Origin: Lama guanicoe
Taxonomy: Eukaryota
Reading direction: 5' to 3'
Assembly (NCBI GenBank): GCA_013239625.1
Contig: MU053594.1
Span: forward strand, 1,024,536-1,088,535
DNA: 64,000 nt
Part shown: positions 40,611 to 52,634 of the stretch, one piece after another
Layout of the letters: every line of letters starts with the position of its first letter
Position numbering within the stretch: the stretch's first letter is position 1
Made by a program: the position numbers and the translations under genes
Notes under the pieces: model-generated
Seen by the model: the letters and a program-made list of their open reading frames with translations, nothing else
What the model was told of the DNA's origin: nothing
Databases searched by the model: none

Positions 40611-41819
40611 CAGAGTTCTTTAAATGTTACCTGTTCACCTCCCAACCACCAAAAGGTGGGTTTCCCCCGGATAATCTCTCACATCCCCCTGCATTTTTCC
40701 TTGGTCTGTATCAGAATACGTGATGATAAAGATGTGTGTGAATTACTTGTTTGATGTCTATGTTCCTGTTCACTATTAGACTCAAAGGTCCATACAGGGA
40801 TGATACAGGTTAAGATAACAGAGATGATATATGTTTAGTTTACCACTGTATTCCTAGCACCCAGCACCCAGTAAGCACTCTATAAACATTTACCAAATCA
40901 GTGGTATGAAAATCAGAAGATATAATGCCTGTCAAAAACTATGAATTTTATAGTGATGATTAAGATATAATTATTGGGACTGTATATCCGGTTTATCCCC
41001 TCTTAGGTAGCTAAAACAAAATCTGCAGTCTCTTCTCCAGGATCATATGCCTTCAGATGGCAAACTTCTTTCTGCCTCGCCAACAGAGCACTTAAGTCTG
41101 ATTCATTTCAGTAATAATAGCAATTACTTTATTTTATTTCAGTTCATAATTTACAAAAATACCAGCAGTGAGAAATACTAAATCACCTCTGATCTTACTT
41201 AAGATGTTCTATAAAATAAAGGTCAAGTAGCTTTTTCCTTTCAAAAATAACTTTGATTTTGATCCATGGTTCTAATCTTCAAAGCACTACGCAAACACCC
41301 TTTACAAGGTGCATGTTTAACACACTGGAACAATTAGCTTGTATTCTCAAGTGAGCGGGCCCAAGCCGACCAACCCAGTTGCTAAGGCAGGCTGGACGTT
41401 TGCAGGGGCTCCTCCGTTGCCTGGGTTCCTTCCAAGTTTCTGGAAAGGGCGGGGATGGGAACCTGGCAACCTGTTCTCATGGTCAAAAGCAAGAGAGTGC
41501 TGAGTTCTCCTTAAAGAGGGCCTCCAGAATTGCATACCTTTTGGGCCCCATGAAACTCAGATGCACCCCTGTGCTAACTGCTTTCAACCCTGTAATGAGA
41601 TGACTTTCTCTCTGTAGTGTCCATGACCCACATGACAGGGCAGTATATTTAACAGCAGTTTTTTTTTTTTTTAAGTCTAGTTCTAATCATGGAAGTCATG
41701 CTCTCATAAACAACCTTTTTTAAGTCTTTCTAAAAAGAGAGCATTATGTCTGAATGATTATTTTTTCTAGACCCACATACATCCCTCTTTCTGCTTAATA
41801 AGCACAGCTCACGTGCTCT

Positions 41820-41990
41820 CCACTCACAAGAACTCTAACAAGTAGGTATTACTAATTTTCCCATTTCACGGAAGAGGAAACTGAAACCTAGAGCAGTTAA
41901 GTGACTGTGCCCAAGATCAGACAGCTAATAAAGGATACATGAGCCTGGGGTTTCACCCCAGGGCTGCTGGCCACTCTTAATCTCTACCTC
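41820..41990 (-). mobile_element. MIR SINE
   Basis: cccatttcacggaagaggaaactgaa...gttaagtgactgtgcccaagatc. Confidence 0.75.
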
Positions 41991-42102
41991 GCCTACTTGC
42001 AGGGTTCCTTGACAGCAGAAATTAGGTCACTGAAGTGCCTTGTAATTCCCCACAGAGCTGATGATAAAAAGCTGGCACTCAGTAAACTATTTAAGAGAAT
42101 AC

Positions 42103-42343
42103 CTATTGTAACCCAATCTCTAATACTGTGACGCTACTGTGAATATTCCTAAATGATGAGGTCATCAGATCTTTCAGGAATGATACAGCGTAGAAAACAG
42201 GGCCAGATGTCGCCACGGTTTGTAGCTACAAATCAAAAAGCACTCGGCGAGAGGGTCCAGTGGAATCCAGGTTATACAGAAGCTTTTCAAGCTGCATCGC
42301 TGATGCAGTCTTTGAATTGGAACACAAGCATATTTACATATAT
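42103..42343 (-). other. Candidate 241-nt internal (5'UTR-type) exon of the minus-strand host gene
   Basis: Acceptor gttctgcattctttttctcccag|ATATATG and donor ACAATAG|gtattc. Unique sequence with several retained CpGs and several ATGs and stops. Confidence 0.55.
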
Positions 42344-45300
42344 CTGGGAGAAAAAGAATGCAGAACAGGTTTATTAGAACTCTTTTTTTTTTAACCAAAA
42401 AACTACATACACAAGACAGACCAAATGTTTTGTCCTTTGAATGTGGCCCTCTCTGAGTGATTGCCTGGACGCTCAGTGAATCCTGCAGGAGGGGAAAAGC
42501 ATGGCTACCTAACTGAAAACAGTTAACTCAGTGCCTTCGTATAGACACGGCCTAAAAGCGTTTCAAGTGTAATGTATTGAAACTGCCTGAAAGGCCGCCA
42601 TTTGGCACCAAGACCAACATCAAAAGGCAATGCTTCTAATGAGCATCTTCAGCTAAGAGACAGCATTTCAACACCGGGAAATAAAAGGCCATAATGGCAC
42701 CACTGGCCACGCCAAATAATTTATATCCCTTTATGTCAACACATGGTTTTAAGGTTTGGGACCAAGAGGTAATAACAAAAAGGGGGCGCACTGATGTGCC
42801 TGTGACCTTCAGATTGACTTCTGACTTTCCTGCTGTATTACGGTATTACTGTATTGCTAGTAATAGTTTCACCACATGGTTTTTTTCCTATGAAAAACTC
42901 TGCCTCTCACAGAGACCTAGTCACTAGGATTCAGAGAGGTCCTCAGGCCTTCACTCTGCCTAAGAGGCCATCTCTGACAACACTGCTCAGAGACTCGCTG
43001 AGTATTTTAAGAGATGTGCAAAGTTCTCTTCTGAATCTTCTTATTCCTTTTGAACTAAAGGCATCTTAACCTTAGTCTTTTTGGCGTCAAAGCTCAAATG
43101 GCCATTATCAGTATATGGCCTGCTGAGTCCTGTTTACAATTTTGTTTAATTCCTCACTATTTTGAAGATTGGAAAAATGACATTTATAATTCTCTGTGAC
43201 TTCTTTTAATGTTCCAGACGTTTCTTGATGCGTATATACTGGTTAGGTGATGAAACTGAAGAATTATCCGTTATGGAATTTACATTAAAACATTTATACT
43301 GACGCGTAAGACGTGTGTGTGCTCACAAACCCAATACTTAAATAGCACAGGAGAGCCTTTTTAAGATGCCTTTGTCTCCTCCCAGGCTGACAACTGTTCC
43401 TAGAAGACTGATGGGGGCAGGTGCTGTCCCTTCCCACCGCCTCCCCCCTCCACCCCCCGCCAATTGGTTCTGCTCTTCGGCACCACAAACCCAAGATCTG
43501 CAAGGGAAAGTTCAAACCATTCTTTAGCAACAGGTAGTCAATCACTTGTTTTACACCAAGACAGGAAGGACTGTCTGTAAAATAGCTTTGGAGGTCTGCC
43601 AGTAGCACTGAAGTCCCTTTCCGTCTGGAGAGCAGCCCCACTTCTCTAACTCTGAAGACATAAACGCAGGGAATTCATCAAACTAATATTAAAGAGAGGG
43701 CTCTGTCGCCTTAAAAAATTAAGTGCTTGGATCAGAAATTCCAAAGTCTATATTTCAGGCAGTGTGAAGTTTACAAGATGCTGTCTGTAATTTTCAAAAC
43801 TGAGTTTGGCAGGGAACAAAAACATCTGTCATGTCTAAAGATTAGTTTTTGAGTGACAAAATGGTGCTGTTTATTTTGAAAGGCAATTAAGATGTTGTTC
43901 CCTGTGACAGAAAAAATACAGATATAGATTACTTACATTAAATGACATGTTACCTATCTGAGGAAGTCAATTAATGATAAGTGTATTCGAAAGAAAAGCA
44001 CTATGCAAAACCCTTAGAATTTGGGGGTTCCAGTGACTAATTTTTCCCTCTTACGGCTGCCTTAATTAAGCACCTACAGTCCTACGAACAGCACACCCAT
44101 ACCATAATTTTTTTTTTGCAAACAATTACTATCTTAATTCTTGAATTATCAAGCTGAAGAAACAGCCCCCATTTAAATCAACAAACCCTTAGTTTAATCA
44201 GTTAGCAAAGAGACTTGGATGAACTTCCTTTATTGAACAAAAATGTATCGTGCTATTTTAGTGTTTTTTAAAAATTAGATCTTGGGTAAAGGAACCTGGA
44301 AAGAAGTCAACAAGTTCTACTACTGGGGGAAGAAAAGGGAAGCTTCTTGAAAAATTGACTCTAAAAGATAATGTTAAGTGTTAGACTAATGAAAACAGCC
44401 CTGATTGGTCGATCTTTAGAACCTTTGTAGTGGGAATAGTAATTCAAAAACCATTAAATAAATGACAGGCCATCCATCCATTATGTCTGGATTTTATTCT
44501 CTTTTAGTTTAACTGTTGAATTTTAAGCAAATTCTAGGTTATTCTCAGTATTTTAAAATATGCTAATACTTGTTGAAAGAAAATTAACTTTTTGGTTTTT
44601 GGACAGAATTGCGAAAAGTTTTCCCCATTCTTAAATATGACTTTCTTACATTCAGTTAGATTTTGTTTGGGAAGACACATTTCTGATCTTAAAATTAAAA
44701 CCAGCAAGAACAAAAAAAATATAGCTCACCACCACTGTACTCACAGCAAACACTGCTGAAACATCCTAATTTGTTTAATGCGTGATATTATATATACTTC
44801 ATATACGTGCTAGTTAGTTTTGGGGTAGCAAAGGTGAAGCTGGTGCCACTTCTTAGAAAACCAGTCTTGTTCATTCCTTGACTGTTACAAATGAAGCTGG
44901 CAAAGAACTGTAAAATTATCAAATAAACATACAACTTAACCATTCCAGATCCAGATCAAATAATTTTCCACGAAACATCCAAAATTTCCGTTAGAATAAA
45001 CTCAAATTTGCTAGGTAATTCCATAACCTTTCACTTTATTCCTAAGGAACAGAAGGTCCCCAAATGACAGAGGGACAGCAGATATGATTCCTCTGGTATA
45101 TTAGGGTGAGCACACCTTATATCTAAATTCTCATGTGCACCCAGTGGAGCAGAGATTGAACTACCATTGTCCCTGGAGAAAATAGACTAGAGGAAAAACA
45201 AAACAAAACAAAAACAAAAACAGCCACCACCAACAAAACATATATGTTTTGTGTGTGAAAGAGAGACACTGCTTTTTTGTTTTTATTTTCATCCTGACCC

Positions 45301-46069
45301 TTTGGCTTGAATTCTACATTTTTTTAAACTGTGGTAAAAACAATACTTTAATGGAAAATTGTTTCCCTTCGGAAAACCACTCAACTTCTTTCTTTTGTTA
45401 AGTAACCTCATATGTGTTTCGCGTTCTGCCTTCTTCCCATCCTACTCCGGCCACAATGAGGACTCTTCCCTTCCAGAGAACACCTATCTGAATGCTGCCG
45501 TTGCCTGGGCAGCCATGAACATCCCAATCTGGGATTCCCTGGGCATGTACCCAATGCAACCCCCTGGGGATCCACCCATCACGACGTTGGAAAGGGCGGC
45601 TAGGCGATCCCCCAAAGTCCCCACCGAAGATCAGGTCCCTACCGTCACATCCCCACCTAGAGAAGAGAAGGTCCCAGAAATACACACCCCCGTACAGGGA
45701 AATCGCGCCCTGGAGACCCACAGACGGGATGATGGGAAAGGGCATGCCCGAGGGGGCCCAGGTGTTAGCGGGTACTGAGCTAGGAGCCTGCAAGAGTTGG
45801 CCCCCCCCACTGGGAGCCTCTCCACACCCGCCAAGGCCCCGCCCCCTGCCGCCCCGCCCCCAGCTTCGCCCCCAGCCCGTCGCCCGCCGGTCGGCGCACG
45901 CGCGTGGGTGCGCCCTGCCTCTGCGCCCTCCCAGGCGACGCACTCCGGCCGGGACAGCTCGGAGCGTGTTTGTGCCCGAGGGGCGGGAGGGAGACCCCCA
46001 AGTCGGCGTGAAGGAGGCGCGAGTGGGCTAGCAGGGGCGGGCCGGCCCAGGAGACCCCCTGATGACCAC

Positions 46070-46230
46070 CTAGACTCCATTTTATCTTCTCGGAAACTGC
46101 GGGGCAGGCAGGGGACCGGCCTCAGGGCGGGGTTCCTCCCGGCGGGGGGTGAGCGAGACCGTTAGGCTGGAACACCGGGAGACGGTCCTGGCAGCTCCGG
46201 GCCGCCACCCGCGCCGAAAAAAAAAGCCTC
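46070..46230 (-). other. Candidate first exon B
   Basis: Lies downstream of the CCAAT and GC boxes and ends AAAATGGAGTCTAG|gtggtc (weak donor). TSS approximate. Confidence 0.3.
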
Positions 46231-46848
46231 TCGCGGCTTCCCGCCCAGCCAGCCTCTCTCTGATTGGTCGCCATGCGAGTTGGCTGGAGGCGGCTGCCGA
46301 GCGCGGCTCTCGTGCCCCCCGGGGAGGGGCCGCGCTGGGTGCTCCCCGGCCCGCCCCGCGCGCTCCCCAACCCAGGCTCGGCCGTCTGGGGCAGCTCCGG
46401 CGGCACCTGGCAGCGGCGACCGCGACACACAGACCCCTCCTCCCGGCTTTCCTCGGGCGCTACCCAACACACGCCCCCCACCCCCCGCCCAGAATGTTCG
46501 CCCACCCCACCCCACCCAGCTCTCTACGGCCCCGGCTCCTTTTTTCTCCCCTTCTTGTCCGTCAGCTCCAAAGCGCAAATCCTGGGGTGGGGTGGGGTGA
46601 GGCGAGCAGCTGGAGGGGAGACTGGGCACGCACGGAAGAATCTTCCAGGGAGGCCGAGATGGAGATACCCCAAATGAAATGAACCTCCCTCCTGGCCGCC
46701 GAGGTTTTCTGGGCGGCGGCGCAGCCCCTGCCACCCGCGGCAGCATCACTACCGTCTTCCTCCCAGCTCCCCTATTGTTCACACTTTGCCAGGATCAGGA
46801 ACCTCGCTCAAAGAAAGGAGACTGGGGCGAGGTGTTTCGGGCGACTAC

Positions 46849-46990
46849 CTGCCATTCTTCTCTCGCCCCGTGCAAACACGGACTCGCGGTGCGTGTGAAG
46901 GCACACGCGCGCACACACGCGCGCACACACACCAGACAGCCCGATCACGCCCTCCTCGCCCTCCGCCCCTCTGCACTTCCTCCTGTCAAA
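46849..46990 (-). other. Candidate first exon A
   Basis: Starts near the ETS/GC motifs and ends GAGAAGAATGGCAG|gtagtc. TSS approximate. Confidence 0.35.
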
Positions 46991-47899
46991 ACGCCGCGCT
47001 CGACCCTCCCATCCCTCCGTGGTCTGGCCCGAGAGCAGGCTTTCCAACTAACCAGCAATTTGGCAAATGAAGAACTAACGTCATATCGACAGGGGTGCAA
47101 CAACGGCCACACAGCCCTGAGATTCTGACCATTTCGCCCCATTTTGCAAACCGTTATTTGGCTCAGGGTTGCGAGGGGAGCAAAGGCGTTGAGCCCCACT
47201 TTATTAGAGCCGGGAAAATAACGATTGGGAGCGGCTGCCCCGGCCTTATTGTTCACTCTTCGCGGAGCCAGGGCTGACAAGCCCCTTCCCCACGGACTCC
47301 GAGCCTGTGCGGCGGCACCACCTAGCCGCGGCATCCTCCGCCCCGCCGCCCGCCTTCGGGGAAGGAGCGCTGCCCATCCCCGGCTCGGCCGCAGCGTCCC
47401 CGGGAGCAGGGGGCTCCGCTCCCAGCGCCGCGAGCACACAAAGTGGGAAGGGCGGGCGCGCTGGAGGGCGCCCGGCGCTCGCTGCGCGGGGAGGCTGCCC
47501 GGGTCCAGGCAGCCCGGGAGGGCGCGGGGTTCGGCTGGGCAGCAAGGGCGACGCGCTCCTTCCTCAGCTCAATGAAAATAACCACCCTTAGCATTCCACG
47601 TAAAAGCACCCCAAAATAACAGTGCTCCTCAGGAGAGGAGTAGGAGGAAGGGGACAATTAGTAAATCAGACTGAGAATAATAATTCTGAGAATGTACCTG
47701 CAGTTCCCAGGAAAAACAAAGTCCAGATGAGATCCTTAGTTTGCAGCATTGTAATCTGCTGGCCGGGAGGGATGTTCTTGCCGCGGTAAATTCTGTGCCC
47801 CCTCCTTGCAGCGAGTGTGGACGGCGGCAGAGCAACAGACCGAGGGGCAGACAATTGCCAGGCTGAGTATGATTATTTTTGCAGAATTGTTTCCTGCCA

Positions 47900-48103
47900 G
47901 CGGCTGCCGAGCTGCGTTCACGCGCTGATCGGAGAATGAGTGACAGTCCCAGCCTCAGCACACTCGCAACTCGGAGATCCTTGCGCTGGCCCGGGTTAGC
48001 TTTGATGGAACTGGGGATGGGAGCGGGGGGCGGGGGGCGGGGGTGAGAACCTCACTGTGTCCTTCCACCACGCCGGCCACAAATAGTGCCGAACATCAAG
48101 GAG
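47900..48103 (+). ncRNA. Candidate first exon of a divergent lncRNA
   Basis: Strong donor GAG|gtaaga at 48103/48104 at the right edge of the island, with no credible ORF. 5' end unknown. Confidence 0.3.
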
Positions 48104-50649
48104 GTAAGAGAGACAGGAGAGGCAGATGCGGTCGCCTGCAAAACGCGGCCTGGAGCCGCCGGAGGAGTCGGGCTCGTTCACACGCAGTCTTCCAGGCAGA
48201 ACTGGGATCTTTTCACCCTTCTCCCCTGCGCCTCCGCGGTCCTTGCTGCCATCCAGCCTTCCTAAATCAGGAGTTGGATACTTTAATGACTAGCAAATAT
48301 AAAAATAAAATCTTAGATTTGGGTAGGGTTTCAAAGTATTGAATCCTCCATTTAGATTCTAAGATCCTTGAAACATAAGGATAACCTAGGACTTAATTTT
48401 TTTTTAAGTGCAGGAAATTAGAAATTTGGAGAGAGATGGGGGTTGCGGGATTTTGTTTTGGTTTTGTTTGTTTGTTTGTTTTATTCTGTCTGTGAAGTTT
48501 GCTCTCCCCCACAGAGAGGCAACAGCTCTCAGGGGAAGGAGGTGGGAAGCAACTTAAGTTAGAAGAAAACAAAGATGTTTTAGAAGGGATTTCCAGAAAT
48601 AACCGAAGGAAAATGTTTTCTTGTTTATAAAGGCTGAAGTCTGTGGTCTCTTTATAAAGATATCCGAGACTTTTTATGTAGGTTTTTATGGTATAGGCAC
48701 GATATTAAATAGTATTTTCTTACAAGAGCACACAACCTCAATTCTTAAAGATTTTAATCCGGAATATCACTGAGGTAGCAACACAAAGAGTTTCAATGCA
48801 TCTTACAGCTGTATTTTAAACAGAGAAGGTGGGGGAGTAGGGTGAAAATAAACATGGTTCAGCATCTAAGCCAGGTTTGAGTGCTTAAGGAACAAAAGGG
48901 GAAGAATCCGGAGTTCACAGCGTTCTAGATACTGGAACAGTCTATTAGCCTAGCAGAGTGAAACCCTCCCAGAGGAAGGCTGCCTGCCTATGTTAAAGCA
49001 CCAATGCACCAGCATTTCCATACACTCCATTTTTCTTTAAAGGTCAGACTCTCCACTGCTGTATTAGCCTTTAAAAACCCATTCTCTGCTCGCCAACCCG
49101 CCAGCCTCCATTACTGGAGAGGCCGGCACCCCCCCGCGTACTAGACCAGGCGGGCCACACCGATACACTGTTATTTCCAGAACCCCTGAAGAATACTTCC
49201 CACACCAAACCTAGTTTTCACAGCATTTACTTTTGTAATATTTCCCTCATACCAACTATAGATAATTCAAAAATAGAGAAAAGTAGAAAGAACTAAAAAT
49301 ATCCCCTAAATCCCATGGATTCCAGAGATACCCACAGATTTTCTAAGTCTTCTGTCAGTGTATTTTTATAATTGACATAGGATAGTAGCTCTTTGAATCC
49401 TGATTACTGCCCCTAAGCTTCAGTTCCCTGAGTTTCATTATAAGCGTTTCCCCAGGCTGTTAAAAAGGCTTTTGAAATATTTGATAGCTATGTAATATTT
49501 CTTCATATCAATGGTTCTTCAGTGGTTTCCCCACTGTTGGCTGTTTAGATTGTTTCCAGAGTTTGATAATATAAATAATGCTCTTTGAACATCTCTTAAT
49601 AAAAACTGAACAACTGTGATGTTTAGCCCTGTTCTGGGTACAGTGAATTATATAGGGTTTTTTTTTTAATAGTTGCTCTATTTAAGCTGCTTTGGCTTCA
49701 GACTTGTTTCTGCTAACATGTAAAATTGCCATATTAAGACTTATTAACCCAAGTGGATGAATATTTTAGAAGTTTTAGTATCAGGGAAAGATAGAAAGGA
49801 CAGGCCTGAGGGGGAAAGGGAAAAAGTAAGGGTTGGGATACCCAAAATAAAATTTTTCTATTTCTAATTTTACCAAGACTGAGAGACACACCCTTCCCCG
49901 CAAACCTCCCTCCCTGTAGTCCCTATCAGTAGAATTTGAAAATTCCTCACTATTTTTCTCCCCATATGTCCCTATTTTTAGCTTTTCCATGTAGGCAGGT
50001 GTGGAAATCCTAGCTCATTTCAGCATGACTGAATTTCTTTTTTTTTCCCCCTCTCTCTCCAGCCCCACCCTGCCCAGTGTGGCAGTTGATTTATGTTGTG
50101 ATGACTCATTCTAGAATTCTGGCCCGCAGTCATTCCAGTCCACACTCCATGTGTCTCTCCTGTGTTCTTTTAACAGGATCCGTCCCTTATCTCCAATTCG
50201 TCAGCTTTTGGCAGTGCCCACATCTGTGAGCTCTGGGTGCCAGTCCTTTCCTGAACCTGACTTCGAAATGAGACAAAACTCTGTCCCTCTCCAGACCTCT
50301 CTCCCCAGAGGGAGGCCCAGGCTGTCAGGCCCACATTAATGAGCATCTATCCATCCAACAATGAGTGAAGATCCAGGGGGCTGGAGCAGAGGAAGGAGAC
50401 ACTCAGGACTGCTTTAAGGAGGCAGCTTCCCTCCTAGAACAGAGAATGGGCCGTAAAGTCAGACGCTGCAGGAAGACCAGCCCCGAGGCCATGACGGTGC
50501 TCTGGATGGGATGTGGGTCCTGCTCTAAGGCAGTGGCAGTGGCAAAGGAAGCCACCAGAAGCACAGAGTTGAGAAAGATTCTCAAGATGAAAACAGTAGC
50601 ACTTTGGAACTTTTTGGCATTTGGGGTCTCAGCACAGGAAGAAATCAGA

Positions 50650-51430
50650 GTTCCTTTCATTCACTTAACAAATACTTATAAAGTATCAACTAAGTGTCTG
50701 GCACTGCTCTAGACACTTAGAACATAGCAGTGGACAAAAGAGACTCTTGGCCTCCATAGACTTCCATTCTTACAGGGAAGATAGAAATAAATCGACAAAT
50801 ATCTTGTGTGCAGATGGTGATAGGTGCTAAGGGGTAGGGAGTTCTAGGGTGGGGAGAGATTTGTATTCTGTATAGGGGAGTGGGGGAAGGCATCCCTGGT
50901 CCAGAGACATCTGGTAAAGATCTTATGACTCCAAAGCTTCCAGAGTGGACAATTAAATAGCTGCTGGTGACATTGACAGGGAGTGGAAGAGGAAGGGCAG
51001 ACTTGGACAAGGTGATGAGCAAAGGAGCGATGATGTCAGTTCTGGACACTCTAATTCTGAGATGTTTGAGGGATATCCAAGTGGAGATGTGCAGAAGATG
51101 GACAGTCAGATGGAGAGAAGCCCAGAGAACATCAATGTTTAAGCTGTGGGCAGAAGGCATCGCCAAAGAAATAGTGAAAGCACAGTCAGTGAGACAGAAA
51201 GAGAATTGGAGCGTTATAATGTCACCAAATCTAAAGAAGAAGGAAGTTCTGAAGTGCTCAAATAAGAAGACTTTAAGTTTCCTGGATTTGGCAATTGGAA
51301 AATCCTTAGCGGTCTTTGAGAGAGCAGCATTCATGGAATAGTGGGGAAGGAAGACATCACTGTCCCAGGACCAAGGCTGGCCAGGAAGGAGAGCAGGGGA
51401 TGTGGACCACTCTTTAGAGGAGCAGAGGAA
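50650..51430 (-). mobile_element. L2 remnants including part of the ORF2 reverse-transcriptase region
   Basis: Minus-strand translation contains L2 RT-like blocks (PHYSMNAALSKTAKD, LLHISTWISLKHLRIRVSRTD). A reverse L2 3' end lies at ~50655. Confidence 0.75.
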
Positions 51431-52256
51431 TAATGGAGAAGTAGCGTCATAATGACAATGATGGAAAGGCAAGCTTGAAGGAGGAGGAGGCTTAAAAAGA
51501 GGTTCCCTTTTCTTCTCTTTAATGTGAGAATTTAATTATTAGGCTATACCGAAAATTGAATTGGTCGCTGACTTCTGCTCACCACCTTAGTGTCTAACTT
51601 AGACTACTTGAAAAATGCACGTGGTCTACAGTCAAGTGCCCTGGCAGGTATTTTTCCTCATTTAGGGTTTCTTTCGTGCTGGTGTTGAAAAGGGGGACCA
51701 AGGTATGATCTCAGACATCCGAGAACTTGATTTTACATTGGACATGGGCAAAATGCGTTCTGGAAAACACAGCAGCCTGAGACCAAAGCCAAAGACAATA
51801 ACCTGGGGCTCAGAGAGGCTGGGGAAACAGAGGCACACCCAAGAGCTGAGCAGGATCCAGGAAAGAGAGGCGCAGGAGGTAAAATCAAGACCGCAGAGTT
51901 AAAGAGTGAGTCTCCAGGGGGCCCTTGGAGCTCCCTCCCAGCTTCTCATATTCCTGATCTGGTTAACACTGGAAACGACTTCTAAGTTCTACTGTGTGGT
52001 GGGGCCGAAGCCACTGACATGCCACCCTCCCTGCTCAAGGCTGGCTGAGGCACCGGTTAAGGATGAGTGCACACTCATCAGTCAATCCCGCCGAGACCCC
52101 AAAAGCAGATGAATGGGATGCGTTGACACTGCTTCTTTGTGCAGGCTGTGAACTGCACAACTTCAAGGGGCGCCTTTCAAGTCCCACTCAGCGTATGTTT
52201 ATCTAGTTATTGGGACAATTTTTGTGGAAGTAAAGAATGTCAAGGGAGCGATGCTG

Positions 52257-52473
52257 CTTTCTTTTTCCTTCGTTCTCTTCTCTTCCTTTCTGTTTTTTCT
52301 TTTTCTTTCTCTCTCTCCTTCCCTCCTTCCCTCCCTCCCCTTCTTCCTTCCCTCCCTACTTTTCTTCCTTCCTCACTCCCTCTCTTCTTCCTTCTCTTTC
52401 TCTTTCTTTCCTTCTCTTTCTCTTTCTTTCCTTCTCTTCCTCTTTCTTTCCTTCTCTTTCTTCTTTCTTTCCT

Positions 52474-52508
<35 letters not shown>

Positions 52509-52632
52509 ATCTTCCTTCCTTTCTTTCTTTCTTTTTCTTTCTCTCTCCCCATCACTCCTTCCCTTCTTCTCTTTCTTCTTTCCTCACTCCCTCTCTTCTC
52601 CCTTCCTTCCTTCCCTACTCCCTTCCTTTTTT
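52257..52632 (+). repeat. Polypyrimidine (CT/CTTT/CCTT) low-complexity tract
   Basis: Directly visible. Confidence 0.97.
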
Positions 52633-52634
52633 CA

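Larger units (their letters stand above)
45830..48240. promoter_or_regulatory. CpG island, probably a bidirectional promoter
   Basis: Abrupt GC/CpG enrichment, many GC boxes, a minus-strand CCAAT box (ctgattggtc, ~46260-46269), an E2F/Sp-like ttcccgccca and an ETS site cacttcct (~46973). Splice donors point outward on both strands. Confidence 0.93.

Noticed and set aside
42103..46990. Naming the host gene (long-5'UTR genes such as TMCC1 or SGMS1 were considered)
   Set aside because: No coding exon is recognisable in the window and I cannot match the UTR sequence from memory; BLASTN is needed.
45359..48342. Many overlapping 60-206 aa ORFs
   Set aside because: Expected from stop-codon scarcity in a CpG island; no recognisable domain.
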